Made by a program: the position numbers and the translations under genes. A stretch of 64,000 bases of DNA. Origin: Tubiluchus corallicola. Taxonomy: Eukaryota; Animalia; Priapulida. Under the pieces are notes generated by a model. It made no database searches and was not told the DNA's origin. It saw nothing but the letters and a program-made list of their open reading frames with translations. The stretch is from NCBI GenBank assembly GCA_030141605.1, contig JAQGDQ010000084.1, positions 310,001 to 374,000 of the forward strand. Direction: 5' to 3'. Below are positions 12,787 through 26,369 of this stretch, piece after piece; positions within the stretch are counted from its first letter, which is position 1, and every line of letters begins with the position of its first letter.

Positions 12787-13708
12787 ATAATTGTGACCAC
12801 CCGCAATTTTCTTTGTGAATTCGTTGAACTGATTTTTGTCATTTTCAGCAAATTCTTATAATACCGAGCAAAAGTCTATAAAGCTCTACAAAGCATACGA
12901 ACTTGAAAGGTTTCTTGCAAGCGAAACTTGATTAATAAGCTTTCAGCAAAGGTTAATGTCGGTAAGAAATATAAAATTTAATAAGTTTACAGGTTTATAC
13001 AGGTATAAGTTGAGGAAAGAGGGTTATAGAACAAAAGCGACACTGTAATAGCTCACATTTGACATCCTCTGTGCAGCATAGGAATTAAATAATTAACACA
13101 CCTGTATAGGTGTTACAAAGAAGTGATTAATACTGGTTTACTAATCTTTCCAACAATAAACCTTACAGGGGGGGGGGAACTTAACCAGTGTGTTCTTCAA
13201 AACAGAACAAGCATTAAATGAAGCTCGCGTTAATTTTGCGAGAAACGGTTTTATCTTACCAGTTTGTAAAGGGATGTAAAAGGGTTAAATGCACAATACG
13301 ATATAAATTTTAGCTCACGCATACGTGTGTATATACATTTATATACGTATATCTATAACTCAGGTAAAATTTATCCAGGTTTTATCTTAAATTTTAGCAA
13401 AAATATTTGTTTTTGTATATTTGTAAGTCAATCGTGCATGTAGAAAAGTTTGTAATTTTTAATACCTTCCTAATAGTGTAATCTAAACAATCCCAGTAAA
13501 TAAATTCTGTTATTATGGCCCTTAATTGTTATAAAAAATTGCTAAAATGTTTTATAACCACGTTTGCGGTCGTGTATTAAGGACATAATTATAATTTACC
13601 GTGTTGTTTATATATTCTTATATAATGATACAGCGCAGAATTATCGGTCTGAAAATAAGGGCTTTGCATGTATATATGTATATATATATATTGCGCAAAT
13701 AAAGATTT

Positions 13709-13730
13709 ATCATCATCGTCGTCATCGTCG

Positions 13731-13764
<34 letters not shown>

Positions 13765-13872
13765 TTATCATTCATCATTCATCATTATCATCATCGTTGT
13801 CATCGTCGTCATCATCATTATCATCGTCGTCGTCATCATCATCATCGTCATCGTCGTCCTCATCATCATCAT
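13709..13872. repeat. (CAT/CGT)n microsatellite
   Basis: Direct inspection. Confidence 0.95.
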
Positions 13873-13970
13873 CCAGCAATAAAGTTCAAGGTCTGCTCGT
13901 GTGTGAACAAGCTTTAACTGACTACAGCAAATCTCCATGATCTCGTAGGTTTCCACGATTTAGGAATAAT

Positions 13971-14683
13971 CAGGGGAGGATTATAAACTTTTGGGTTCCC
14001 TGGGTTAATGAAATTGTGGTGCTCCCTCAGATGGAGCCACCCTATTATTTGCTCGCACTTTCGCGAGTATTTCTACTTGTGATATATTTTAGCAACATTT
14101 GTATAGCTGGGGCCTCATATTTCAAATAAAGGGCTTCAAGGAGGATCCTTATCTCAAATAAAGGCTTTCAAACAAGATAAAACCTTCGTGTCTCAGAAAA
14201 AAAGCCTCAAACAGGGATCCTTTATCTCAAATGAGGAGACACTTTAAAATTGGATTACTCAATTTCATCTTGATGAAGTATGCACAGTCTTCGTACAGGC
14301 GTATGAAGCATCTGTAAACGATGGAAAACACCAAATTTTGTTCACAATTCAGTCAACTGCAAGTGTTGATAAGTGTTTTGCAGTGTTTACAATATCTAAA
14401 ATATTGTTTTGCTACATAAAAAAGCTTTTGGGTGAATTGCATAATTATTGTGAGTCCCGGTTTTAAATACGCCCGACTGGTGTACATCTTTAAGGCCATT
14501 GGGCTGGATGTTGCACGGTGATGCCATCTCGCAACGAAAATGATACGAAAACGATTTACACTTCCTTTAAAGTTAAAATCTTATTTAAGTTACATGAATT
14601 ATTCACCAATTCAAGGTATGCCTCCCCAGCTTGAGGGGCTCTAGGCTGCAGCCTATACTAGCCTGTAGAGTATTCCCGCCCTG
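13971..14683 (+). mobile_element. hAT-like MITE
   Basis: CAGGG...CCCTG ends with a perfect 8-bp TSD GGAATAAT. Confidence 0.85.
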
Positions 14684-14859
14684 GGAATAATTGTATATCT
14701 CTAGAGCTACATGTGAGGAGAGATAAGCTGGGTCTAGATATTTGGATTTTTTACAATCGTTACATAAATTTACCTACATTTCTTCAAGTCTGAACTTATT
14801 AATCCGACTAAGCTTGGTAAAGTGTGACACAAAAGCCTGCATACTTGACTCACTTAAAT

Positions 14860-15505
14860 ATTGTTAAAGAATATAAATAGAGAATCGATAATTAAGAATT
14901 GTTAATAGTGAATTTTTAATATAGAATCGTTAATTAAGAATTGTTAATAAAGAATTGCTAATGTAGAACTGTTAATTAATAATCGTTATTAAGGAATCGT
15001 TAATTAAGAATTGTTAATATAGAATTATTAGTTAACACTCATTAATAACAAATTGTTAATTAAGAATTCTTAATAAAGTATCGTTAATAAAGAATTGTTA
15101 ATATAGAATTGTTAATTAGGAATTATTAATAAAGAATTGATAATAAAGAATCGTTAATCAAGAATTGTTAAAAGAGAATCGCTAATAAAGAAATAAAGAA
15201 TTGTTATTAAAGAAATGTTAATAAAAAATTGCTAATAAAGAATGGTTAATTAAGAATTCTTAAAAAAGAATTGTTAATAAAGAAATGTTAATAACGAATA
15301 GTTAATAAAGAATTGTCATCAAAGAATTGTTAATGAAGAAACGTTAGTGAAAACTCTTAATAAAGAATCGTTAATTAAGAATTTTTGATAAGGAATTGTT
15401 AATAAAGAAACGTTAATAAAGAATTGCTAATAAAGAGTCGTTAATACAGAATTGTCATTAAAGAATTGTTAATGAAGAAACATCAAAACAAATATTGTTA
15501 ATACA
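14860..15505. repeat. Degenerate 14-bp AT-rich minisatellite (ttgttaataaagaa)n
   Basis: Direct inspection. Confidence 0.9.
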
Positions 15506-15646
15506 AAATATGGCTTATGAAGAAGCCAATTGGACCTTAAACCCCATAACCTCCCTGTCATGCTCTTAATGATTTCAGCAATCAATGGCAAATTATTGCC
15601 TATAAAACAACATTCGTAGTAAGCTCAATTCATTCTTGATCATGCG

Positions 15647-16090
15647 CAGGGCTGGATTACTCTATACACCAGCATAGGCAGCAGCCTAAGGCTCCTCGAG
15701 CTTGGTGGTGGAGGTGGAGGTGGTGGTCATACTTCGCATTGTTGAATAATTCATATAATTTAAAACAAAATTTCAACTTTAGAAACGGACACCAGAAAAT
15801 CCCAAAACCCAATTTTAGCGTGGCTCCTCATTTGAGAGATAGGATCCCTGTTTGAGGCCCCTTATTTGAGACAAAGAGCCCTTGTTTGAGGTCCTTTATT
15901 TGAGATAAGAGCTCCTCCTTGAAACCCTTTACTTGAAATATGCCCCCTCCAGCTATGCAAATGTTGCTATAAGATATCACGAGTAAAGAATATTCCAGAC
16001 GAGCGCGAGCAAATTAGAGGAATGGCTTCATTTGAGGGGCGCCATAATTTCATTAGCCTAGCGACCCCAAAAGGTCATAAACCGGCCCAG
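15647..16090 (-). mobile_element. hAT-like MITE, same family as 13971-14683, inverted
   Basis: CAGGGCTGG...CCGGCCCAG ends; TSD ATCATGCG/ATCAAGCG (7/8); reverse homology. Confidence 0.8.
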
Positions 16091-16458
16091 ATCAAGCGTA
16101 TGCAAAAATCAAGCCTGACATCTAGAAAATACATTAACAGTACTAAAAATAGGTTTGACTTTTACAACACAGAGACATTCGCCCTTGGGCTGATATTTTG
16201 TGATTGTTATAAATTGTTTGTATTTAAATATAATAAATTTGACGTATATTTATTCGTAGATAATTTATATACCAGATCATGCCTTTTCGTGTGTCACGTG
16301 CAGTTTCTTGAGTTGTTTTATTTCAATTTCATGTTTTACGACTATCCGAAAAATCATTTCCGTTCAGTTTTAACAGCAAATGGTTATAAGGTTTCCCTCG
16401 ATTCAGAGATATCATAAATTGTTTGCATTCCTTCATAAGTTTCATTAATATAGCATGG

Positions 16459-17072
16459 CCGGACCAAATCTTAAACTGTAGGTCAAAACGATCTGCGCTT
16501 TAAAATACTGAAAGAAAACGTACTATTTTTCAAAAATGACTTACCTGAAAGAATTATTACCACACAAACTCAATTTCACGTTCGCGTCACTAGTTCTTCG
16601 CTGTTACAGGCATTTCGCCATTCGCTAGTTAGACGGGCACTACCGTCTGCATTTCGGAAATACATTGCACAAAAACAGGTGCTGTACCTCTCAGTTCAGA
16701 TTTGTTAGTTTATGAGGAACTGCACACGTTCAGCAGCTTATGCGTGAGCACAGCGGTAAATTTGAAATTTAAATTTTTATCTTGAAACTTGCCTAGTTTT
16801 AGTACAACACACTGAATATCTTATAGTAGTACTGTATTTCAATTTTTGCTTTCTCAAACACGTGCAACACATTCGTGGAATATTTTTGCTGTTGAAAATT
16901 ATGTTAGTTTGTGATGTCATCAATAGTTGGGCTGGCCTGCCGTTATTTAAGATTTTAACCTATTATTTAAGTATCAGAAACGCTTTTGCAGTATTAACTG
17001 CGTTAAAATGTATACATTTTATTGGACTTGAAAATGGGGTAGTTTATGAAAAATCATCCTGTCTTCGTTTAA
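16459..17072 (-). mobile_element. Kolobok/T2-like MITE family K3
   Basis: Homologous to 31330-32135, 35801-36930 and 63369-63988; ends catcctgtcttcgt|TTAA. Confidence 0.8.
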
Positions 17073-17329
17073 CTCAAACAAAATATCTGCCCTTTAATGG
17101 AGCAATGATAAATTTCCCAAATCAATACTTAAAAGTCACTTTTTCAGTCTATTCATTGGTTGATGTATAATTAAGTAGCTTTCCGTCCAATAATAATTTC
17201 CTGTTTTGTGCAAAAATTGGAATAATGAACAGCAGATTTATCTTAAAGGGCACGTAATTAATCAAATAATTGAATTGCTGGATTTTTTGTGATAATTTGC
17301 TTTTAACAGCAGTCGAAATACTTTTTCTT

Positions 17330-17820
17330 CCTAAAACCACAAGGAAAGGTTTGTCATAAATAAAGTTTAAAAAAATCGTGTTGACGTTTTGTACCACTTA
17401 CCTACTGTCTTATTGCATACAGGGCTTGCGCTGGCGGTAATGCTGTATGAAACATGTAAATTTAAACTCCCGCAATGAGCATTAGACGCAGCCACTTTAA
17501 TTGTAGGTCGTTTGAAATAAGTTTAGATAACAGTAAAGTACTCGGTAAAGTATGAAAAAATAATCAGAACATTTGTAGCACACACTAATTTAACTAAGCA
17601 AAAGTTTAAATTACTTTATATTGTCAATAAGATCAATACTGTGTTTTGGGTTAACCAGTGGTACACACTGGGTAGGTGGACCAGTGACATTCTACCAGTT
17701 GTCCTGAACATTTTAAATTATTAAGAATTTTCTTTTTCAATTGCATGTCTTTCAAACAGATAAACGTAATACCAAGTAATGTGACTTTATGTGAAAGGTT
17801 TTGAGGAATATACTTTAAAA
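17330..17820 (-). mobile_element. K2 family copy, degenerate
   Basis: Homology to 6964-7420. Confidence 0.65.
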
Positions 17821-18172
17821 TTCCTCTATCTTTATCTTTAATTAAATAGCTTACTTACTGTAAAAGCAATACCAATATAATAAATCTAATCTAGTCTAAA
17901 GAAAAAATATCAGTAATACGTCATCTGCACAGCTAATTCGTTGAGTTTTCACTATAGATAGGTCACCAAATGAGTTAAACAGAAAAACATGAAGCTAAAC
18001 ATTGATATTTATCGCTCTCGGATGGTACAAGGTTTGGATATAAACATGAACCAGCTGTAGCTAACTTTCAATAACTTTTGCAGTCCGCCACAAGCCGACT
18101 ATTTCTCACGAAAATATGGTGCAAAATTTCTAAAACGTTTTCGCTGATTGAGAGAAGAATTCTACATAAGTA

Positions 18173-18269
18173 TAGTAAGTCCTCGCTTAACGACTCCTCA
18201 CTTAGCGATGTTTCATTTAATGACGCATTTTGATGGAACGGGTTAGCGTCGTTCAGCGAGGACTCACTG
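18173..18269. mobile_element. 97-bp Tc1/pogo-like MITE
   Basis: TA|TAGTAAGTCCTCGCTTAACGAC...GTCGTTCAGCGAGGACTCACTG|TA. Confidence 0.75.
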
Positions 18270-18773
18270 TACTTATAATGGGCTCCCTCCTCCTACACTC
18301 GTCAATTATTTAACTACTATTCAGCAAATCCATAACTATTTTACTCGTAGAAGTATTGGTAACTTTTATCCTCCTCCTGTCAAACACACTACTGGCGGTT
18401 ACCGAAATATACTTCTATCCAACAATGGGCTCAAATTCCTCCTTGGGCAAATGAATTTCAACGTTTTAAAACATATATATTTGATTTGCTAACCTGCTAG
18501 TTGACATTTTTAAGTACTTTTAATCTTGTTTGTCTGTATTGTTGTCATTAATTGCTTTTATAACTGAATATTGTTTTTACTGTAAGCTATTTTGTATGTA
18601 TTTCTCTGTCTGCACCAAGCATGTGTTTGCACAGTCTCGGAGTGAGTCTCGAAAACTTAAGCTCCTACTCCACTCGAGGCTGATTTGTATAATTTTCAAA
18701 CTGTAGGTATATGTTTTTATTATTGTAATATGATTATCATTATGTGATGTACAGGTTGTGATGTACAGTACAA

Positions 18774-19210
18774 ACACACGTGTTTTTACCCTTAACGTAT
18801 CGTTTAGCCTCTGACAGAGATACACGTGTTTTTACCCCTTACGTATCGTTTAGCCCCTGACAAAGACACACGTCTTTTTACCCTTAACGTATCGTTTAGC
18901 CTCTGACAAAGACACACGTCTTTTTACCTTTACGTATCATTTAGCCTCTGACAAAGACACACGTCTTTTTACCTTTACATATCGTTCAGCCTCTGACAGA
19001 GACACACGTGTTTTTACCTTTACATATCGTTCAGCCTCTGACAGAGACACACGTGTTTTTACCCTTCACGTATCGTTCAGCCTCTGACAGAGACACACGT
19101 GTTTCTACCTTTACACATCGTTTAGCCCCTGACAAAGATACACTTGTTTTTACTCTTTACGTATCGTTTAGCCCCTGACAGAGACACACGTGTTTTTACC
19201 CTTTACGTAT
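18774..19210. repeat. Minisatellite, ~9.5 copies of a 45-46-bp unit
   Basis: Unit cacacgtgtttttacccttaacgtatcgtttagcctctgacagaga. Confidence 0.95.
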
Positions 19211-19857
19211 TCTGAGACGTAATGTTTTTCCCAAAAGAGGCCTACACTTGTCACTTTGTAATTAACTATGTTAGCATTAAACAACTTCGCAAAACATCGG
19301 GAAAGTTTACGACGCCGGAGACAAAACTGTAAGCGACAAGTTGAATTACCCTGACTCGCTGACGCCTTTTGTTGGACAACAAATGTATATGCCTTTGACA
19401 TACACACGATTTTTAGGATAGTGAAAGAAAAGAAATTGTAGCGGCACAAGCCGACGTACGATGAACATTCCGGCAACTTCCGCCTCCATTTTTTATATAT
19501 TAGCACCCTCCCCGCCCAGGCCCCAAAGGGAGTTTTGCTTGTTGAACAAAATAATTGCCCGGCAATCTCAACAACTCTAAACACACTTCGAAAACAGAAA
19601 ATCATTATTATATTGTACAAGAAAGTTAATTTAACATGTTAAACGACTACAAACGTCCTCTCTAAAGTCTATTAAACGTTTTACCAATTGATTGGAATTG
19701 TGTATTGAATTGTATAACCTGGATTATTTTGAATTTTGGAATTTGAAATTAAACACCAGTTATTGGGCAATCATACTTTTGTATAACTAACAGGATGATG
19801 TACATTGATTGTTGTTTCTGGTATCGTTTCTGTACTCTGTGAGCTTTGTATATTTCA

Positions 19858-20029
19858 ATTTTAAGTGTTAACTAATGAATTACTTGTGTTTTTGAACTAA
19901 CTATCTATGTAACTATATTCTTGATAACTAGTTGTATATATCTGTTCTTAACTAAAATCTATTTGTTGCACAGTGGAAAAACTCCGATCAGTAAATATTA
20001 TTGTATGTCAATCCAGTTCAAATAAAGTT
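19858..20029 (+). repeat. Left arm of a 172-bp inverted repeat, probable LINE 3' UTR ending in AATAAA
   Basis: Reverse complement of 21224-21395 with three mismatches seen. Confidence 0.85.
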
Positions 20030-20232
20030 TATAATAAGTTATTTATTAACGATTTACAATCCATACAATTACAATTACAATTACGAGTTACAAAACATTA
20101 CATAAACAATGCAATAAATTACAATGAAGTAAAACTACACAGACAAAATCCCGCACATGGGGTATAATCGTCAACACAATACATAATAAAAGAATAATAA
20201 CAATGACGATGATGATGATGATGATGATGATA

Positions 20233-21065
20233 TCTCTTATATATTAATATTCTTGGTATATATATTTATATATAAGATTCGAGGCTACAGCTTCGACGAC
20301 GGCACCATTTGCGGCGATCTATACATCAAACGAAAGATCTCGATCTAGTGTCGTGCCATTGATACTTTATTTTTCGAATCGGGCTCACCGGGAGGAACGG
20401 GGGGCGAAAAACCTCCAAAAATGGCCCTTTTTCGGCCGTTTTTTGCAAAAGTTATACGGCTGAGATGTAGAGAACGGGAATGGGCCGAGGGAGGTACTGG
20501 GCATGGATAGATAGCCCGTTCAGCGGTGGGTGTAGCAGGCCTATTTAGAATTCGCGAGAGGACCACGGCGCCCCGCAACGGGCGTTTTCCCGGACCCAAC
20601 TCGCGATTTTTTCGAAATTTTGACCAAACAGCCTGCGGAAAAAACGTCCTAGCGTCGCCCGGTGGGACTCTCGGAAGGAGATATACAGCTCATCAGAAAG
20701 AGGAATAACAGGGCTACACGATGATGTGGGCTATATTTTAGGGCAGGTCCACCGAGAGGAGTATCGACGAGTTAATTACGTGTTCTATTTTCGACAATTT
20801 TCGTCTTAGAAAACTGTGCAGACGCATTCCATTGTGCTGACGTCATCCATTGTACTCTGCCTATAACTTTAATTCAGTAAACGCTGCCTGCTGTACTCTG
20901 TCTATAACTTTAATTCAGTAAAAGCTACAGGCTTTGCGTTAGTTAAACAAACAGTAGGCATGATGTTACGGGCATTGCGTTATACATGAGGACTAGGTAG
21001 CATGTTCGCGTATTATTGATTACACATGGTTTTTTACGCAAAATCTTTTGCGGGGCCTTTGCTAG
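20233..21065 (+). mobile_element. Non-autonomous Helitron
   Basis: A|TC 5' end (tctcttatatattaat), hairpin cgcaaaa-tc-ttttgcg at 21037-21052, CTAG|T 3' end, no TSD, GC-rich interior. Confidence 0.8.
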
Positions 21066-21223
<158 letters not shown>

Positions 21224-21390
21224 AACTTTATTTGAACTAGATTGACATACAATAATATTTACTGATCGGAGTTTTTCCACTGTGCAACAAATAGATTTTA
21301 GTTAAGAACAGATATATACAACTGGTTATCAAGAATATAGTTACATAGATAGTTAGTACAAAAACACAAGTAATTCATTAGTTAACACTT

Positions 21391-21395
<5 letters not shown>
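21224..21395 (-). repeat. Right arm of the 172-bp inverted repeat, embedded in (CAT)n
   Basis: Reverse complement of 19858-20029. Confidence 0.85.
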
Positions 21396-21431
<36 letters not shown>

Positions 21432-21807
21432 TATATTATATTATATTATATTATATTATATTATATTATATTATATTATATTATATTATATTATATTATA
21501 TTATATTATATTATATTATATTATATTATATTATATTATATATTATATTATATTATATTATATTATATTATATTATATTATATTATATTATATTATATTA
21601 TATTATATTATATTATATTATATTATATTATATTATATTATATTATATTATATATTATATTATATTATATTATATTATATTATATTATATTATATTATAT
21701 TATATTATATTATATTATATTATATTATATTATATTATATTATATTATATTATATTATATTATATTATATTATATTATATTATATTATATTATATTATAT
21801 TATATAT
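21396..21807. repeat. (CAT)n followed by ~370 bp of (TATAT)n
   Basis: Direct inspection. Confidence 0.97.
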
Positions 21808-22381
21808 GTACTAAACAACTTCATATCTGTTATATTACCGCCGTTGATGGTAAGATCGTACCTTAATTCAATTTTAATTCTTTTATTTCTGATCTTCTTT
21901 CGACCCCCAACAAACGTGAATACATTTACCTACCTAAATTATAGCTATGACGTTACAAATCACGTGTTTTACCTCCTGTATTATTTCAGTTTGAATGGCA
22001 TGTAAAAAGAAATCACTAAACATCACGCGCGAAAATTTCAAATTCACAGTAAGGTTCGCGTAATTGTTTGCATAAAGAGCGTCCGTTTGCGAGCCACGGA
22101 GGCGTCGAATCTCAACTAGAATGCGTTTTCGTTGGCTTCCCTTCTGTTAGCAGACGCGCATCTGTGTCGCTAACAACTTACTGAGATCAACCGTTGGCTT
22201 CCTTTGAATTGCTGTCATAACCAGGAAAGCAACGAGCAGTAATATCTCAGGTATTTGTTCATATCTTCGCTCAGAACTCTGGCTTAATGCTAACACATGA
22301 GACACGAGGAGATATCTTACGTAGAATAATTTGCACCCGGGTATCTTTAGAATGGCTAATAATATGTACAATCTGAAGTTG

Positions 22382-22541
22382 TTAAAGGAAAGGTCAAGTC
22401 TTCTAGGAGATTAGGATCATTTCAATGTTCACAAAAAATGTTAGAAGGATTTAGTAAGAAAACTGCAATAAGCGCCTCGTGTAACTATACTGCAAATGTA
22501 CTGTAAAAGTATATTGTAAATGTACTTGCTGTTTCCTTCAA
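22382..22541 (+). mobile_element. Truncated / internally deleted K1 copy
   Basis: TTAA|AGGAAAGGTCAAG start; homology to 1608-1710. Confidence 0.6.
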
Positions 22542-22936
22542 CTTTTTTTGAAATAATCAGTCGTAATCAAATCCATATTTAAAATTCAAAGCAAAACCGA
22601 AAAAAACAGCGAATTCTGACAGAAACTAAAAGAAATGCGTGAAGACTGCAAATATTAAATATATAGCTGACGTACTGTAAACCGGCTATCCATATGACAT
22701 CGTATGATATGTACAATATATATATATACATATATATATATATACAAGATTCCGCCAAAACACCACGAAACTGAGAGAAAGAGGGCCAAAATTTAACAAT
22801 TTCACTCTAGTACACAGACGTAATCGCGCCAATCTTTAATACTAAACTTTATTTAAAGTCGGCTTTAATTGAACAGACAACACAAGTCTGCCATGAGCTT
22901 TCTATCACCGACTTAAACATCAAATTACACCTTTAT

Positions 22937-23095
22937 AACAGATATTGTTATTATCTCACTTTTATCCTAAATACCACGCACACGACAGGCAACAGAAGGT
23001 AGCATTTTTAAATGTCTTTGGTATGATCCAGCTACAGTATCGAAATCATGACTTCCCAGACAGAAGCGGACGTGTTACCACTAGACTATACCATC
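22937..23095 (-). mobile_element. tRNA-derived SINE with Meta-domain-like core
   Basis: Minus strand reads tagtctagtgg (A box), tttcgatac (B-box-like), then tcataccaaagacatttaaaaatgctac; second copy at 50.9 kb. Confidence 0.7.
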
Positions 23096-23131
23096 TGGTC
23101 TTGCCTGTAAAACAAATAGAACCATTGACAA

Positions 23132-23526
23132 AATAAGCGTTTTCACAGTAGCAACGATTGATGATGATCGTGAAAAGATCAAAGGTTAAGTGTACCAGAC
23201 AACATATTTGTGTACACTTGACAACGCCTCGTAGCTCATGCTATTTTAATACTAACAGTTCTGACAGCTAACTAGAACCTCACCTAGTTAATTTTTTGTT
23301 GTTCCCAAGCAAGACCCTGCTAGTAAATCACTCTACACACAGACTAATGCATAATTAAGTAAAGTCCACGAAAAACAATTGAAATTACTGAACTGATGCG
23401 CCAGACGGCTTTGCTTTTCACACATGTCACGTGACGGTTGTAGTTTAGACGCGTTGCTATGGTGCAATTAACCGTAGACCTGCAGCAACTGCGCGTGCGC
23501 ACAATGAAACAGTGAAAAGGTTTATT
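23132..23526 (-). mobile_element. MITE family M
   Basis: TIRs and reverse homology to 9678-10041. Confidence 0.8.
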
Positions 23527-23900
23527 AGAAGACAGTGTTAAAATCAGAACAAATCAGGTAATTTTTCGATTTCTTCTTCGCATAAACATTGATAAGGCAA
23601 TTTAGTGTACTTCAGCAATCTCAGGCATTTATAAATTTTTCATTATAAGAGTAAAAGCGTCGATGACAAAACTAACTCTATACGACTTTCTGTCAATGTT
23701 TATAAATCCAATATTCATCTAAAATATTGATTTTCTGATTGCTATCTGAACCAATCTAGGAAAAATACGTAATTTCCGCCAGCTGAGCTATTAAACGTTA
23801 TTTTGTAGGGCTTCCTTTGATCAAGCGTGACCAAACAGAATTCTGGGAAATTTGAAATTTTCACCTACCGCTGAGGTAAGTTAGCAAAAGAGTTATTCAG

Positions 23901-24372
23901 CTGTGGCGGTTCGTGTATAGGTACTGTGGGGCTGCAACACCCCCCCCCCCCTGTTTTCACTCAGTTTTATCAATAGTATTCAAGGTAATAAGTCTTTCTT
24001 TAGTTGTTTTTTATACTTGTATGGAATCAGAGCACGTGAGGGTAGTACTGTTTGCGGTTTTGGGGTGTTGTGCGCATGCGGCTATGCGCACATGTCTGAC
24101 ATAAGACGCTGCACTCTAGGTAGAAAGAATACTGTCACTCATGCAGTGCTTAAAAACCGCGTACCGGCATATTCTTCAACTGCAACAACTCGGGCTATTA
24201 GTAAGCAAAGTACGTTTAGGATTTTATCAAATTTATGTATAAATTTTCTTACGTTTGTTTGTTTAAAATGATAACATTAAAATTACATATGTTTGTTCGC
24301 TTTACACAGTATTAAAACAATGGCTGACAATTATCTGAAGCAGCATCCCCACTAGATTTAGAACTGCCACTG
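23901..24372 (+). mobile_element. MITE family N
   Basis: TCAG|CTGTGGCGG...CTGCCACTG|TCAG. Confidence 0.78.
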
Positions 24373-24657
24373 TCAGAATGAATTAAAATTTACGTTCGCC
24401 AAGGGCATAAGAACAGCCGGGGTGTTTCAGAACCAAAAGTGCAGTTGATATATGCTGATTCGTGCATATTGGAATGTTCAAAAATCAAGTTATACGCAAG
24501 AAAATTTCGAGCTGTGCAAATGTAATGTATTTTACGTCATTATGATGTCATAATGCAGAGGGTTATTACGGACAAAACAACATGTTTTATTCAAAGCATC
24601 CAACCTGTTGAAATTCAAGGGAAGAAAAGGCAATTTTAAAGTAAATCCCAAAAAAAA

Positions 24658-24825
24658 AATAATAATAATAATAATGATAAATAATGATTATGATAATGAT
24701 AATGATAATAATAACAATAACGATAGACAACGGCAACGACAACAACAACCACAACCGCAACCACCACAACCACAACCACCACCATCACCACCACCACGAC
24801 GACGATGAACACGACAACAACAATA
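24658..24825. repeat. Compound trinucleotide microsatellite
   Basis: AAT/GAT/AAC/CAC/GAC runs. Confidence 0.9.
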
Positions 24826-24899
24826 AATATAATGTTACATTGGTTAATATTATGCTTTCCTGTTTGAAAGACTTGTGTAACTTAAAGAGAAGATTTTTA

Positions 24900-25590
24900 G
24901 TAATTTAAAACGTTCGCGCCATCTGGTAAAACGTTAATGACTCATCTTCCCAGTGTGCACCATTGATTCACCAAAGAACGTATTTTTAATTTTACTAGCA
25001 AGACACAGAACTTGTTTCACACGACTTACCATTCAAAACGGTCATCGTGGGAGTTTAAATTGCAAGTTTTATACTGCGTTGCTGCTAACACAAGCTCTGT
25101 GAACAATGTTTTTTAGCCTTGTGTAAATAAAGTGTTTTCCTGTGCTTTAAACGTGTTTTTCATAACACGCACCATCAGTCCCATTTGTGTCTGCAATTCT
25201 AAACTGCACGGATATCCAGCAGTTGTTCTGTGCTATTCAAAGAGATTCAGTGTGTTATACTAAAACTAGACAGGTTTTAAAATAAAAATTCAAATTTAGA
25301 ATTTCCCGCTGTCCTCACGCATGAACTGTCGAACGTGTGTAGTGCGTAACAAACTAACACATGTAGACTGAGAGGTACAGCCCCTGTTTTTTGTGCAATG
25401 CGTTTTCAAAATGCAGGCGGTACAGCCCGTCTAACTCGCGAATGATGAAATGCATGTAACAGCGAAGAACTAGTGGGGTAAGTGGTGTAAGAACGTAAGT
25501 GATTTTTGAAAAAAATGGTATGTTTTTTCTGTCAATATTTTAAAGAATAGATTGTTTTGACCTGCAGTTTTATATTGGACTCCTGTTTTG
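24900..25590 (+). mobile_element. Adjacent partial K2 (~24900-25150) and K3 (~25240-25590) copies
   Basis: Homology to other family members; boundaries approximate. Confidence 0.65.
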
Positions 25591-25982
25591 CTTTATTCTT
25601 TTTTGCGTGTCGTTTTTTATGCTGTTCGGCACAGGCCAGGCCAAAACCAACATTAAAAAACAATGTCTTAATTTAATGTCTTATACTGAGATTGTAATGC
25701 CGTAACCCAGACCTATCAATTTTCATTCATTAAGCAATGTCTCACATGCATTTAAATTCGTTCACATGTGCACACGCATCAACTTTCAGTTCTCACACAT
25801 TCCACAACTTCCCGTGCAAATTTGCAAATCTCATGGCTTCCTCGTTTGCAAATCCACAACACAGTTAGTAGTACAATAATGTATAGAATTCGTCGTCTCA
25901 TGATGTAAAGCGTGCACTATTATTGAAAATTAATCACTTTTGGATGCTAATGACCTTCTTCGTGTGCACAAAAGAACACATT

Positions 25983-26369
<387 letters not shown>

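Noticed and set aside
13564-13956. Poly-His/Ser/Asp/Asn/Ile ORFs here and at 21.0, 24.6, 25.9, 27.5 and 50.6 kb
   Set aside because: Trinucleotide microsatellites with no splice or homology support.
20345-20708. GC-rich ORFs suggesting a CpG-island gene or captured gene
   Set aside because: They lie inside the non-autonomous Helitron and show no recognisable protein motif.
23020-23095. Functional tRNA gene
   Set aside because: B box is degenerate, no full cloverleaf, and it continues into a SINE body found in a second copy.
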